This document shows positions 19,762 through 31,069 of a stretch of DNA of 64,000 nt, one piece after another. The position numbers and the translations under genes were made by a program. This DNA comes from an uncultured Trueperaceae bacterium (GTDB lineage: Bacteria; Deinococcota; Deinococci; Deinococcales; Trueperaceae). How positions within the stretch are numbered: position 1 is the stretch's first letter; each line of letters starts with the position of its first letter. The notes under the pieces are model-generated. The model saw nothing but the letters and a program-made list of their open reading frames with translations, was not told where the DNA came from and ran no database searches. The stretch is taken from assembly GCA_963815215.1 (NCBI GenBank), contig CAWFFU010000003.1:128001-192000 (forward strand). The letters run 5' to 3'.

Positions 19762-19907
19762 AGGCGCCCAGCGCATGGTGTGGGCGGCACGCCACGGCGG
19801 TAGCGTTGCGTGCCCGGGTGCTACACTGTGCTGCGTCTTGAACTTCCGCGAGCGCGTGCCGCCCCATTGCGGTCGGTTCCGTGCCGTGATGCGTCGGAGG
19901 CTAGTGG

Positions 19908-20464
19908 ATGATCAGTGTGACGGACCTGCGCAACGGGACGAAGGTCGAGATGGACGGCGGCCTGTGGGAGTGCTTGGACTACCAGCACCAGAAGATCGGC
20001 AGGGGTGGCGCCAAGGTGCTCGGCAAGTTCCGCAGCCTGGAGAGCGGTTCGATCGTCGAGCGTACGTTCAGCGCCACGGAGAAGCTGCAGGACATCTTCA
20101 TCGACTATCGCCAGATGCAGTACCTGTTCGCCGACGGCGACCTGTACACCTTCATGGACATGGAGACGTTCGAGCAGCCCGTGTTGAGCCGCGACCAGAT
20201 CGGCGACACGGCCCGCTTCCTCAAGCCCAACCTGGAGGTGACGGTGGACTACTACCAGGGTAGGCCCCTCAAGGTCACGTTGCCCAACGTGGTCGAGCTC
20301 GAGATCACGAGGACCGATCCCGGCGTGCGCGGCGACACCGTGTCGGGCGGCAGCAAGCCTGCGCTGCTCGAGTCGGGGGCGAGCGTGAACGTACCCCTGT
20401 TCATCGAGCAGGGCGAGGTGATCCGCGTCGACACGCGCAGCGGCGAGTACCTGGGACGGGCCTG

Positions 20465-20465
<1 letters not shown>
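19908..20465 (+). CDS. efp: Elongation factor P
   Basis: KIGRGGA loop (Arg-type), YLFADG, PGVRGDTVSGGSKPA, VPLFI. Confidence 0.97.
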
Positions 20466-20962
<497 letters not shown>

Positions 20963-20980
20963 GGCTCGGGGACAGGCGCC

Positions 20981-22318
20981 GTGTTCCGGAAGATCCTGAT
21001 CGCCAACCGAGGCGAGATCGCCCTGCGCGTGCTTCGCGCCGCGCGCGAGCTCGGCATCCAGACGGTCGTGGTGTACTCGCAGGCCGACGAGAACTCGCTT
21101 CCCGTGTTGCTCGCCGACGAGGCGATCTGCATCGGGCCCGCGCCGGCCGCCGTGAGCTACCTCAACGTGCGCAACCTTCTCTCCGCGGCGCTGGTGACGG
21201 GTGCCGAAGCCATCCATCCCGGGTACGGCTTCCTGGCCGAGAACGCCGAGTTCGCCGAGAAGTGCGAGGAGCACAACCTCGTCTTCATCGGTCCTCGCGC
21301 CGAGACCATCCAGCGCATCGGCGACAAGGCCGCGGCCCGGCGGCTGGCTGAGGAGGCGGGGGTCCCGATCACGCCCGGCTCGCAGCCACTCAAGGACCTC
21401 GAGGCGGCGCACGCGTTCGCCCGGACCATCGGCTTCCCCCTCATCTTGAAGGCCTCGGCGGGCGGTGGCGGGCGTGGTATGCGCGTTGTCCACAGCTTCA
21501 ACGACTTGGAGCGCCAGTTCGTCAACGCTCAGGAGGAAGCGCGCGCCGCGTTCGGCAACCCCGAGCTCTACATGGAGAAGTACCTGGAGGAGCCCAAGCA
21601 CATCGAGGTTCAAGTGTTCGGGGACGGCCAGGGCAACGTCATCCACTTCTTCGAGCGCGACTGCTCGATCCAGCGGCGCTACCAGAAGATGCTCGAGGAG
21701 GCGCCGAGCATCGTCGATGACGATCTTCGAGAGCGCATCATCGAGTCCGCGGTGGCGCTGGCACGACACATCGAGTACCGCGGTGCCGGCACCTGCGAGT
21801 TCCTCGTCGATCGCGACGGCAACTTCTACTTCAGCGAGATGAACACGCGCATCCAGGTCGAGCACCCGGCGACCGAGATGGTCACCCGCTTCGACCTGGT
21901 CCAGGAGCAGTTCCGGGTAGCGGCCGGCATGGGGCTCTCGCTGGCCCAGGAGGACGTACGCCTGGAGGGACACGCCATCGAGGTGCGCGTCACCGCCGAA
22001 GACCCCGACCACGATTTCCGTCCTTCGGCGGGCATCATCAGCGACGTCCACTGGCCCGGCGGCCCCGGTATCCGCGTGGACTCGCACGTCTACGCGGGCT
22101 ACCGGATCCCGCCGAACTACGACAGCCTCATCGCCAAGATCATCGCCTGGGCGCCCACGCGGCAGGAGGCGATCGCCCGCATGGAGCGCGCTCTTCGCGA
22201 GACCGTCATCGAGGGGGTCAAGACCACCGTGCCGTTCCACCTCAAGGTGCTCGACAACGCCTTCTTCCGGCGTGGCGCGGTCTACACGAACTTCATCGCT
22301 CGGAGGATGTCCACGTGA
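20981..22318 (+). CDS. accC: Biotin carboxylase
   Basis: ILIANRGEIA, HPGYGFLAEN, GGGGRGM, ERDCSIQRR, EMNTRIQVEH. Confidence 0.97.
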   Translation: MFRKILIANRGEIALRVLRAARELGIQTVVVYSQADENSLPVLLADEAICIGPAPAAVSYLNVRNLLSAALVTGAEAIHPGYGFLAENAEFAEKCEEHNLVFIGPRAETIQRIGDKAAARRLAEEAGVPITPGSQPLKDLEAAHAFARTIGFPLILKASAGGGGRGMRVVHSFNDLERQFVNAQEEARAAFGNPELYMEKYLEEPKHIEVQVFGDGQGNVIHFFERDCSIQRRYQKMLEEAPSIVDDDLRERIIESAVALARHIEYRGAGTCEFLVDRDGNFYFSEMNTRIQVEHPATEMVTRFDLVQEQFRVAAGMGLSLAQEDVRLEGHAIEVRVTAEDPDHDFRPSAGIISDVHWPGGPGIRVDSHVYAGYRIPPNYDSLIAKIIAWAPTRQEAIARMERALRETVIEGVKTTVPFHLKVLDNAFFRRGAVYTNFIARRMST

Positions 22319-22668
22319 CCGAAGGCCCCGAAGGTCCTGACCTCGAGATCGCTGCCGACGTGCTCTACGGCATCGCTCAACTGGCGCTCGACGAGATCGA
22401 GGGACTGCGTCCCATCGTTCCGCCCGCCCGCGTCGGCGAATTCCTGAGCGGTCGTCGGGCCAAGGGGATCCAGATCGAGCGTGAAGGCCCGGACGTCTAC
22501 GTCGACCTACGCGTGGCGGTGGCCTACGGGGTGGAGATCCCCAGCGTGGCGGCGCGGGCGCAGACGGCGGTGCGGGAGGCGGTAGCTTCGATGACCGGCC
22601 TCCAGGTCCGCAGCGTCAACGTCAACGTCGAGATCGTCGACCCGCCGGAGGAACTGCTCGGTGGCTAG
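22315..22668 (+). CDS. Asp23/Gls24 family protein
   Basis: KGIQIE..VDLRVAVAYG..AQTAVREAVASMTGL..VNVNV; usual position between accC and nusB. Confidence 0.88.
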   Translation: MTEGPEGPDLEIAADVLYGIAQLALDEIEGLRPIVPPARVGEFLSGRRAKGIQIEREGPDVYVDLRVAVAYGVEIPSVAARAQTAVREAVASMTGLQVRSVNVNVEIVDPPEELLGG

Positions 22669-23116
22669 GCGGAAGGCGCGCGAGCTGGCATTCCGTACCC
22701 TGTTCCAGTCCGAGCGCGGAGGTTCTCCGGTGCTGGAGGTCTGGCACCAGGTCCGTGAGGAGGCGCTCGAGGATCCGGAGCCGGAGGCCGATGCGGCCTA
22801 CGGTGAGGGCCTCGACACGCCGTCCCTCGACTTCGCGCAGACCCTGGTGACGGCCTACGCCGAGCATCGGGATTCGATCGACGGCGAGCTCGTCGAGCTG
22901 ATCAGCGGGTGGAGCTTCGGCCAGATGGCGCAGACCGACCTCAACATTCTGCGCCTGGCCGTCACCGAGATGCGGTACGGGCCTCCCGGGCCCCCTGAAG
23001 TGGCGATCGAGATGGCGGTCCGGCTGGCCAAGAAGTTCGGCGGCGAGGAGTCCGGCCGGTTCGTCAACGGTGTGCTGGCCAAGCTGTTCCGGCGCTTGGC
23101 TGGTGAACGAGCATGA
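22661..23116 (+). CDS. nusB: Transcription antitermination factor NusB
   Basis: RRKARELAF, DLNILRLA, AVRLAKKFG, FVNGVL. Confidence 0.95.
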   Translation: MARRKARELAFRTLFQSERGGSPVLEVWHQVREEALEDPEPEADAAYGEGLDTPSLDFAQTLVTAYAEHRDSIDGELVELISGWSFGQMAQTDLNILRLAVTEMRYGPPGPPEVAIEMAVRLAKKFGGEESGRFVNGVLAKLFRRLAGERA

Positions 23117-23130
23117 GATGAGGTAGTCAG

Positions 23131-23973
23131 GTGGCGGCGATCAGACTCGACGGCAAGGTGGTCTCGGCGAAGGTGGTCGAGCGCCTCCAGGAAACGGTGG
23201 CGGCGCTCTCCTTCACGCCCAAGCTGGTGTTCGTGCGGGTGGGCGAGGATCCCGCCAGCGCCTACTACGTGCGCTCCAAGACCCGCATGGCGAAGCGCGT
23301 CGGGGTCGAGTCCGAGACGCACGTGCTGCCCGCGGACGCCGGTCAGGCCGAGCTCGAGGCCCTGATCCGAAGCCTGAACCAGGATGCCGGGGTCGACGGC
23401 ATCCTGCTGCAGTTGCCCTTGCCCGACGGTCTGGCGGCGCAGCCGGTCCTCGACCTCATCGATCCCGACAAGGACGTCGACGGGCTCCACCCGGTGAACG
23501 TGGGACGGCTGTGGACCGGCCGCCCCGCGCTGGCGCCGGCCACGCCACGCGGTCTGCTCGCGTTGCTCGACCACTACGAGGTAGCGATCGAGGGACGTCA
23601 CGTGGTCATCGTGGGCCGTTCGAACCTGGTCGGCCGGCCGGCGGCGGCGCTCTTCCAACACCGCAACGCCACCGTCACCATGGCTCACTCGCGCACGAGC
23701 GACCTCGCCGGGGTGGTCCGTCAGGGGGACATCGTGGTGGCGGCTGCGGGCCGTGCCCGCATGATCACCGCAGCTATGGTGAAGCCGGGAGCGGCGGTGC
23801 TGGACGTGGGCATGACGCGTGAGGAGGAGGGGATCGTGGGGGACGTCGCGCCGGATGTCGCCGAGGTCGCCGGCCACCTGACCCCGATGCCGGGGGGCAC
23901 GGGCCTGATGACGGTGGCGATGGTCATCGATACCACCGTGGAGGCAGCCCGGCGCAGGCGTTCGGGCGGATGA
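23131..23973 (+). CDS. folD: Methylenetetrahydrofolate dehydrogenase/cyclohydrolase
   Basis: VGEDPAS..YVRSK, GILLQLPLP, KDVDG, GRSNLVGRP, TPMPGG. Confidence 0.96.
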   Translation: MAAIRLDGKVVSAKVVERLQETVAALSFTPKLVFVRVGEDPASAYYVRSKTRMAKRVGVESETHVLPADAGQAELEALIRSLNQDAGVDGILLQLPLPDGLAAQPVLDLIDPDKDVDGLHPVNVGRLWTGRPALAPATPRGLLALLDHYEVAIEGRHVVIVGRSNLVGRPAAALFQHRNATVTMAHSRTSDLAGVVRQGDIVVAAAGRARMITAAMVKPGAAVLDVGMTREEEGIVGDVAPDVAEVAGHLTPMPGGTGLMTVAMVIDTTVEAARRRRSGG

Positions 23974-24413
23974 ACACGGTCCTTGCGAACAGCGGGTTGT
24001 TGACCGCACTGATCGCGACCGTGTCTGCGCAGGTCCTGAAGGTGCTGCTCGTCGTGGTGACGGAACGGCGCCTGGCGCTCGGCCGCCTGCTGGAGACGGG
24101 AGGCATGCCCTCGTCGCACACGGCGGCCGTCACCGCCCTGGCAACCTCGCTCGGCCTCCACTTCGGCTGGGCGAGCGCGCAGTTCGCCATCGCGGCGGTC
24201 TTCGGTTCGATCGTGATGTACGACGCCACCGGGATCCGCCGGGCGGCCGGCGTGCAGGCCGAGTTGATCAACGATCTCGTGCAGGAGCTCGCCCACCTGT
24301 TCGACGAGGGATTCCAACCCCAGGCGCTCAAGACGCTTCTCGGGCACACCTATCCGCAGGTGGTCGTGGGGGCGGCGGTGGGCATCACCACGGCCCTCCT
24401 CGTCGCCCTCTGA
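23970..24413 (+). CDS. Divergent PAP2 family protein (DUF212)
   Basis: AQVLK, GGMPSSH, VMYDATGIRR, LLGHT. Confidence 0.9.
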   Translation: MNTVLANSGLLTALIATVSAQVLKVLLVVVTERRLALGRLLETGGMPSSHTAAVTALATSLGLHFGWASAQFAIAAVFGSIVMYDATGIRRAAGVQAELINDLVQELAHLFDEGFQPQALKTLLGHTYPQVVVGAAVGITTALLVAL

Positions 24414-24474
24414 GCACGGGCACGTGCGCCCAGAGGGGTGCGGGGCGTGCCGCGGCACAGGTACGGGCACCTGA

Positions 24475-25104
24475 TCAACGTTCGGAGCGGGCGATGACGG
24501 CCACGCGGACCTCGAGGGCGCCAGCGGCCAGCAGCGCGTCGCGGCAGGCGCCGGTGGTGGCGCCGGTGGTGAGCACGTCGTCCACCAGCAGGATGACGGC
24601 GCCGGGTACCGGTGTGGCGACGAATGCGCCGGCCACGTTGCTCATGCGAGCGGCGCGGCTCAACCGGGCCTGTGGTCGCGTGGGCCGGACCCGCGCCAGC
24701 AGGGAGCGGCAAGGAAGGCCGAGCGCGGCGGCCGCTCCGCGAGCGAGCAGCAGCGCCTGGTCGTAACCGCGCTCGCGGTGACGGGCCGGGTGCAGGGGGA
24801 CCGCGCACACGACGGTGGGGTGCCAGGAGGCCGCGGCGACCTCGCGGGCGAGCGCCGTAGCCAGCCAGCCTGCCAGGCGGGTGGCGCCGCGGTACTTGAG
24901 CGCGCGCACCGCCCTGCCCAGCGGCCCGGCGTACGGTCCCAGCCACAGTGTGGGGCCCAGGCGCCCCGGGCGGACCGCGAGGCGCCGGCACGGCGCGCAG
25001 CAACCCCGGGCGCCGGCCGGCCGCACGCCGCAGGCGGGGCAGGGCAGGAGCGCCCCCAGCAGGGCATCGCGCACGGCCCGGAGCGCCCGCAGGAGGACGG
25101 CCAT
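24475..25104 (-). CDS. comF: ComF family phosphoribosyltransferase-like competence protein
   Basis: CPAC..CAPC zinc ribbon, ERGYDQ, LLVDDVLTTGAT. Confidence 0.88.
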   Translation of the reverse strand: MAVLLRALRAVRDALLGALLPCPACGVRPAGARGCCAPCRRLAVRPGRLGPTLWLGPYAGPLGRAVRALKYRGATRLAGWLATALAREVAAASWHPTVVCAVPLHPARHRERGYDQALLLARGAAAALGLPCRSLLARVRPTRPQARLSRAARMSNVAGAFVATPVPGAVILLVDDVLTTGATTGACRDALLAAGALEVRVAVIARSER

Positions 25105-25186
25105 GGCCGACGCTAGCCCACGCGCGCCGTTGGGGGGAACGGCGGCCGGGCAGGAGCCGGGCGGGTCTAGGGAGGCGCCGGTCGCC

Positions 25187-26203
25187 TCAGGTGGAGCGGA
25201 GCGCGAGGGAGCGAAGGAGGCTCTCCAACTCGCGAGTGGCCGCGCGTCCGGGGAGCGCCTTCAAGGCCTCGGCGAGTCGCTCGAGCCCGCGCCGTGCGCG
25301 CTGCTCCGCGACCGATTGGGCGTAGGCGAGCGAACCGTGCCGCTCGATCGCCGCGAGCACATCGCGCACCCCCTCCGGTCGCCTGGCGTCACGCGGCCGG
25401 GTCAGCTCTTCCCGGATCGCCTCACCCTCGTCGCGCGAGGCGTGCGCCAGCAGGTGCGCGAGGATCAGGGTGCGCTTGCCTTCGTACAGGTCGCCGGCGA
25501 ACTCCTTGCCGTAGGCGACCCCCGGTGTCAGGTTGAGGACGTCGTCGCGGATCTGGAACGCGATCCCCAGGTCGATGCCGGCCGCCTCGAAATCGGGGGA
25601 GGGGTCGACGCCGGCGCAGGCGGCGCCCAGCCGCAGCGGACAGACGACCGTGTAGTAGGCCGTCTTGAGCGTCACCATGGTGAGGTAGTCCTCCTCGGTG
25701 ACGTCGAACCGGCCGGCGGCGACCCAGCTCAGGTCGAGGTGCTGTCCCTCGGCGGTCCGTTCGATCATCCACAGGAACTCGTGCAGCACAGCCTCGCGAT
25801 CGAGGCCGTCGGACGAGGCCGCGGGCAGCGTCATCAGCAGACGCCACATCGCCACGTGAAGGGCGTCACCGACGTTGATCGCGATCGGTGAACCGACGAG
25901 GCGATGTAGCGCCGGCCGGCCCCGGCGCTCCTCCGAGTCGTCCTCGATGTCGTCGTGGATCAGCACCCAGTTCTGGAACAGTTCCACGCCCGCGGCGGCG
26001 GTCAGTGCCGCCCGCTCGTCGCCGCCGTGGGCCTGCGCCGAGAACACCACGATCTGCCCGCGCAGCGTCTTGCCGGCCCGGCCAGGGTAGTCGCGCAGGA
26101 GCGAGGCGAAGCGCCGGAGCTCGGGATGGCCGTTGCCTTCGGGCAACGCCGACAGCACGGTCTGTCGGATGCGGGTGGAGAGGTCTCCGACGGCCTGGCT
26201 CAT
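25187..26203 (-). CDS. Polyprenyl diphosphate synthase (GGPP synthase-like)
   Basis: GKTLR, LIHDDIED..RRG, GQHLD, KTA, FQIRDD. Confidence 0.92.
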   Translation of the reverse strand: MSQAVGDLSTRIRQTVLSALPEGNGHPELRRFASLLRDYPGRAGKTLRGQIVVFSAQAHGGDERAALTAAAGVELFQNWVLIHDDIEDDSEERRGRPALHRLVGSPIAINVGDALHVAMWRLLMTLPAASSDGLDREAVLHEFLWMIERTAEGQHLDLSWVAAGRFDVTEEDYLTMVTLKTAYYTVVCPLRLGAACAGVDPSPDFEAAGIDLGIAFQIRDDVLNLTPGVAYGKEFAGDLYEGKRTLILAHLLAHASRDEGEAIREELTRPRDARRPEGVRDVLAAIERHGSLAYAQSVAEQRARRGLERLAEALKALPGRAATRELESLLRSLALRST

Positions 26204-26252
26204 GCTGCGGCCTCGGCGCCCGACGCCGGCCGGACCACGACAGGCGGCACCC

Positions 26253-27266
26253 TCAGGGCCGGCGGATGCAGGCTTTGAAGTGCCCGGGGCTCACCTCTTC
26301 GAGCGGCGGCACCACGTGGGCGCAGTCGTCCACAGCGATCGGGCAGCGCGTGCGGAACACGCAGCCCGAAGGCGGGTTGATGGGGCTGGGGATATCGCCC
26401 TGGAGGAGGACACGCTCGCGTTTGATGGTGGGGTCCGGGATGGGCACGGCCGACAGCAGCGCCTCGGTGTACGGGTGCACCGGGTTCGCGTACAGGTCCT
26501 TGGAGGGAGCGACCTCCATGACGCGACCCAGGTACATCACCACCACGCGGTCGCTGATGTACTCGACCACGCCCAGGTCGTGGGCGATGAACAGCAGCGT
26601 CAGGCCCAGCTCCTCCTTGAGATCCTGGAGGAGGTTGACGACCTGCGCCTGGATGGATACGTCGAGGGCCGACACCGGCTCGTCGGCCACGATGAACTGC
26701 GGGTCGACGGCGAGAGCGCGGGCGATGCCGATACGCTGCCGCTGCCCGCCCGAGAACTCGTGGGGGTAACGGCGCATGTGGTTCGGGGACATGCCGACGC
26801 GATCCAGCAGGTCCGCAACACGCTGTTCCTTGGTCTTGCCGCGGGCGAGGTTGTGGATGGTCATGGCCTCGCCGATGATGTCGCCCACCGACATGCGCGG
26901 GTTGAGGCTGGCGAAGGGGTCCTGGAAGATGATCTGCATCTCCTTGCGGTACTCCCGCATCTTCCCCTTGGGCAGCTTGGCGATGTCGACGCCGTTGAAC
27001 AGGATCTCGCCTGCGGTGGGCTCGATGAGCCGGAGGATGCTGCGGCCGGCGGTGGTCTTGCCCGACCCCGACTCGCCCACGAGTCCCACGACCTCGCCCT
27101 TCTTGATCTCGAAGGACACGTCCTCCACGGCCTTGACGTTCGCCACCACACGGGAGAAGATGCCGCCGCGGATGGGGAAGTACTTCCGCAGGTTGCGGAC
27201 CTCGAGGAGGTTCTCCTTGGCGTCGCGGATCGCTTCGGTCTGCACGCGGGTCGTCGACGACGTCAT
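26253..27266 (-). CDS. oppF: Oligopeptide ABC ATP-binding protein
   Basis: [34 protein letters not shown] overlaps oppD stop. Confidence 0.92.
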   Translation of the reverse strand: MTSSTTRVQTEAIRDAKENLLEVRNLRKYFPIRGGIFSRVVANVKAVEDVSFEIKKGEVVGLVGESGSGKTTAGRSILRLIEPTAGEILFNGVDIAKLPKGKMREYRKEMQIIFQDPFASLNPRMSVGDIIGEAMTIHNLARGKTKEQRVADLLDRVGMSPNHMRRYPHEFSGGQRQRIGIARALAVDPQFIVADEPVSALDVSIQAQVVNLLQDLKEELGLTLLFIAHDLGVVEYISDRVVVMYLGRVMEVAPSKDLYANPVHPYTEALLSAVPIPDPTIKRERVLLQGDIPSPINPPSGCVFRTRCPIAVDDCAHVVPPLEEVSPGHFKACIRRP

Positions 27267-28276
27267 GCCACCATCTCCTGCTTGAGATCGAGGTCCTTCC
27301 AGCGGATGCAGCGCACCATGTGGCCGTTGCCGGTGTCCTCGAGCGCCGGGATGGCTTGCTTGCACTCGTCGGTGGCGAAGCGGCAACGGGGGTGGAAGGC
27401 GCAACCCTCCGGCAGGTAGAGCGGGTTGGGGACGTTCCCGGGGATGGCTTCGAGGCGGTCCTGGTGTTCGGCGGCGCGGTCGACGCGCGGGATGGAGTTC
27501 ATCAGGCCCAGCGTGTAGGGCATCTGCGGACGGGCGAAGATGTCGTTGACATCGCCTTCCTCGACGGCCCGCCCGGCGTACATCACCACCACGCGATCGG
27601 CCACCTCGGCGACCACGCCCAGGTCGTGGGTGATGAACAGGATGGACATGCCGATCTCGCGCTGGAGCTTGCGCATCAGGTCGAGGATCTGCGCCTGGAT
27701 GGTGACGTCGAGGGCCGTGGTGGGCTCGTCGGCGATGAGCAGCTTGGGCCCGCAGGACAGCGCCATGGCGATCATCACGCGCTGCCGCATGCCGCCCGAC
27801 ATCTGGTGGGGGTAGTTCTTCACGCGCTTGGCGGGCTCGGGGATGCCGACCAGGTCCAGCATCTCGATCGACAGCTTCATGGCGTCGCGATAGCTCTTGC
27901 CCTGGTGCAGCACGATCGCTTCGGCGATCTGATCGCCCACCGTGTAGACGGGATTGAGGCTGGTCATGGGCTCCTGGAAGATCATGGAGATCTCGTTGCC
28001 CCGGATGCGGCGCATATCGCGCTCACTCTTGCCGACCAGATCCTCACCTTCGAACAGCATCCGGCCCGAAGCGATCCGTCCCGGAGGGGTGGGGATGAGG
28101 CGCATGACCGAGAGGCTGGTCACGGACTTGCCGGAGCCGGACTCGCCAACCACGGCCAGCGTCTCGCCGCGATCGAGGTGGAAGCTCACTCCGTCGACGG
28201 CCTTCACGACGCCTTCGTCGGTGTCGAAGTAGGTCTTGAGGTCCGTGACCTCGAGTAGCCGGTCGGAACTAGGCAT
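27263..28276 (-). CDS. oppD: Oligopeptide ABC ATP-binding protein
   Basis: [34 protein letters not shown]. Confidence 0.92.
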   Translation of the reverse strand: MPSSDRLLEVTDLKTYFDTDEGVVKAVDGVSFHLDRGETLAVVGESGSGKSVTSLSVMRLIPTPPGRIASGRMLFEGEDLVGKSERDMRRIRGNEISMIFQEPMTSLNPVYTVGDQIAEAIVLHQGKSYRDAMKLSIEMLDLVGIPEPAKRVKNYPHQMSGGMRQRVMIAMALSCGPKLLIADEPTTALDVTIQAQILDLMRKLQREIGMSILFITHDLGVVAEVADRVVVMYAGRAVEEGDVNDIFARPQMPYTLGLMNSIPRVDRAAEHQDRLEAIPGNVPNPLYLPEGCAFHPRCRFATDECKQAIPALEDTGNGHMVRCIRWKDLDLKQEMVA

Positions 28277-28604
28277 CAGCGCGTACACTCCTCACAAGGT
28301 TCGATTCTACCCGAATACGTCGGGCTCGGACGGGAGCCAAACCCCTGTCCGGGACGCGGTGGATCCCACGCAAGATGGTGAGACGCCGCTGCGTCCAGTG
28401 AGATACCCCCATTGCAAGGAAATACCGGTTCCCGCCCGCGACTGCTCCCGGATACGGAAGCGCCGTGATTGCGGCGGCGCCGAGCCCCGATCGGGCGACG
28501 CCCGCCCGCGATCGGGAGTGCCGGACTGGCCGAGGTGTGGATCGAGCTCGGGGTGCGCTCCGCGGGGGAGCGGCCCGCTCGTGTTCGGCGTGCCGGTCCC
28601 CGAG

Positions 28605-28633
28605 AGAATATAGCGCGCGCGCGCGTAGGTCAA
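28605..28633 (-). promoter_or_regulatory. Sigma70-type promoter TTGACC-N17-TATTCT between oppC and oppD
   Basis: -35 at 28628-28633, -10 at 28605-28610; 17-nt spacer is almost entirely alternating CG. Confidence 0.65.
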
Positions 28634-28684
28634 ATGCCGGGCCCACCCCGCCGCCGGCACGTTGGGGCGGCGGCGTGAAGCGCG

Positions 28685-29896
28685 TCAACGTCGGCTCTTC
28701 GGGTCGAAGGCGTCGCGCAGCCCGTCGCCCAGCAGATTCCAGGTGAGCACGGCGATGAAGATGGCGACGCCGGGCGTGAAGATCCACCAGCGGTCGCCGA
28801 GGCCCGTGACGCCGGCGAACGACTGGGCCGTTGACAACATCAGCCCCCAACTCGTCGAGGGGGGCTGGATCCCCAGCCCGAAGAAGCTCAGGACCGACTC
28901 GGCCAGGGTGTACTCGGGGATCTGGATCGACAGCGAGATGATGATGAAGCTGAGCGTCTGGGGGAGCAGGTGACGGGTGATCACGCGCATGTTGCTCGCC
29001 CCCAGCGCCTGGGCGGCCACGGTGAAGTCGCGCTCGCGCAGGCTGAGCACCTGGCCCCTGACCGCGCGCGCGATCTGTCCCCAGCCGATGACCGAGAGTG
29101 CCACGATGATCACCATGAACTGCGTGGTGGAGGGAAGATGAAGCGGATAGAAGACCGCGGAGAGGGTGAGCAGCAGGAACAGGAAGGGGATGGCTGAGAG
29201 GGCCTCCACGAAACGTAGGATGACCTCGTCGAGCCAGCCTCCGTAGAAGCCCGCCAGCCCCCCCATGAGCATGCCGATGACGATGGCCACGAGGCTCGCC
29301 AGGATGCCGATGGTGAGGCTGATGCGCGCACCGAACATGAGCTTGCCGAAGACGTCGGCGCCCAGGTCGTCGGTGCCCAGCAGATGGATCTGGGCCTGGT
29401 CGCCGGCGTCCGCCACGCCGAACAGGTGGAGCGTCGCCCAGGGCCGGATGCCCAGCACCTGGCGGAGCTGCACCGGGATGAGATTCACCGGGAAGGGGAC
29501 GTAACGGTCGCGCAGGCCGGTGCGGCGCACGAAGAAGCGGACGCGGTAGGCGTGCGCGGTGTCCGTCGTCCATACCGACGCGAAGGTCGTCATGTTGATC
29601 GACTTCTTCATGCCGAAGACGTAGGGCCAGGTGAGGTGACCGCGCGCGTCGAGGAAGTGGACGACTGTCGGCGGCTCGAAGGTGGCGTTGGGGTTGATGT
29701 CGTGCTCGGGGTAGGGGGCGAAGAAGTCCGCGAAGGCGGCAAGCAGGTACATGATGCCCAGGATGACGAGCGCCGTGCGTGCCAGCGGGTGCTTCTTGAA
29801 CTGCTGCCAGGCGATGGTGGTGAGGCTGGCGCCCTTCACGACCTGCCGGTCGGCGGTGTCGACGGCGCCTCCGGCGTCCGGGTTCACGGGCTCCAT
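28685..29896 (-). CDS. oppC: Oligopeptide ABC permease
   Basis: HLLGTDDLG, GARISL, EAA-like loop AAQALGAS, SFFGLG, GDGLRDAFDP. Confidence 0.92.
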   Translation of the reverse strand: MEPVNPDAGGAVDTADRQVVKGASLTTIAWQQFKKHPLARTALVILGIMYLLAAFADFFAPYPEHDINPNATFEPPTVVHFLDARGHLTWPYVFGMKKSINMTTFASVWTTDTAHAYRVRFFVRRTGLRDRYVPFPVNLIPVQLRQVLGIRPWATLHLFGVADAGDQAQIHLLGTDDLGADVFGKLMFGARISLTIGILASLVAIVIGMLMGGLAGFYGGWLDEVILRFVEALSAIPFLFLLLTLSAVFYPLHLPSTTQFMVIIVALSVIGWGQIARAVRGQVLSLRERDFTVAAQALGASNMRVITRHLLPQTLSFIIISLSIQIPEYTLAESVLSFFGLGIQPPSTSWGLMLSTAQSFAGVTGLGDRWWIFTPGVAIFIAVLTWNLLGDGLRDAFDPKSRR

Positions 29897-29897
29897 G

Positions 29898-30878
29898 TCA
29901 GTACCGGATCCTGGGGTCGATCATGGCCAGTGCCAGGTCGGACAGGAGGTTCCCCACCATCAGCAGCAGCGTCAGGATGGTGAGCAGGGCCATCACCACG
30001 TAGACGTCCTGCGCGAAGATGGAGCTGATGAACAGGGGCGTGATGCCGGGCCAACCGGTCACGTACTCCACCGACCCCGCGCCCGAAACCAGGCCGGGCA
30101 AGGTGGAGCCGATGATCGCGACGATCACCAGGATGGCGTTGCGCAGCGCGTGCTTCACGTTCACCGTGCGCTCCGACAGGCCCTTGGAGCGGGCGGTGCG
30201 GATGTAGTCCTGGCTGAGCACCTCGAGCATCTCGCCGCGCATGACGCGGCTGACGAACGCCAGCGACGACAGCGTCACCACGGTCACCGGTCCGATCAGG
30301 TGCCACCCGACGTCCAGGACCTTCCGGAGCGGTCCGAAGCTGCTGAAGTCCGTGCTCGTCATGCCGCCGGTCGGGATGAGGAACCAGTGGTGGAAGTGGA
30401 ACCACTGGACGCTGAGGGCCAGGATGATCAGGGCGAGGAAGAAGTTGGGGACGGCCAGACCGAGCAGGCTGAACACGGTGAGGATGCGGTCGGCCAGGGA
30501 GTACTTGTGCAGCGCCGAGTACACCCCGATGGGGATGGCGATAGCGAAGGCCAGCACGGTAGCCGGGATCAACAGCACCATGCTGTTGCGCATCAACGGC
30601 AGGATCAGCGCGGTCACGCTGGCCTTGCTCGTCATGCTGGTACCGAAGTTGAAGTGCAGGACGACGTTGCGAAGCCAGTACAGGTAGCGGATGTACCACG
30701 CCTGGTCGAGCCCCAGCAGCTGGCGGATGCGCTCGGCCTTGTTGGGGTCGACCTGGTCGAAGGCGAACTGGGTGGCGAAATCCCCGGGGGCTGCCTGGAT
30801 GATGCCCCACGCGAGGAAGGTCGCGATGACGAAGGTGGGGATGAGGTTGAACAGCCGGCGAACGATGAACGGCAGCAT
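29898..30878 (-). CDS. oppB: Oligopeptide ABC permease
   Basis: MLPFIVRRL, APGD, DYIRTARSKG, HALRNA, DPRIRY. Confidence 0.92.
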   Translation of the reverse strand: MLPFIVRRLFNLIPTFVIATFLAWGIIQAAPGDFATQFAFDQVDPNKAERIRQLLGLDQAWYIRYLYWLRNVVLHFNFGTSMTSKASVTALILPLMRNSMVLLIPATVLAFAIAIPIGVYSALHKYSLADRILTVFSLLGLAVPNFFLALIILALSVQWFHFHHWFLIPTGGMTSTDFSSFGPLRKVLDVGWHLIGPVTVVTLSSLAFVSRVMRGEMLEVLSQDYIRTARSKGLSERTVNVKHALRNAILVIVAIIGSTLPGLVSGAGSVEYVTGWPGITPLFISSIFAQDVYVVMALLTILTLLLMVGNLLSDLALAMIDPRIRY

Positions 30879-31007
30879 CGTGAAGAGGGGCCTCCGGGGT
30901 CGGTTTCTTGGGCGTGCCCTGACGACTGGGGGCATCTGCCCGGCGATGCAATGGAGCATTCTATGCCACACGGACCGGCGACCGGGAGCGAGAAACGCAC
31001 CACGGTC

Positions 31008-31039
31008 CGGGGGCCCCGGCCTTGCGGTCGGAGCCCCCG
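31008..31039 (-). terminator. GC-rich stem-loop (GCAA loop) after oppA; terminator or mRNA-stabilising hairpin
   Basis: Minus strand CGGGGGCTCCGACC-GCAA-GGCCGGGGCCCCCG; no U-tract. Confidence 0.5.
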
Positions 31040-31069
31040 TCCCTCGTCAGGGATTGCCTCTCGAACGCC

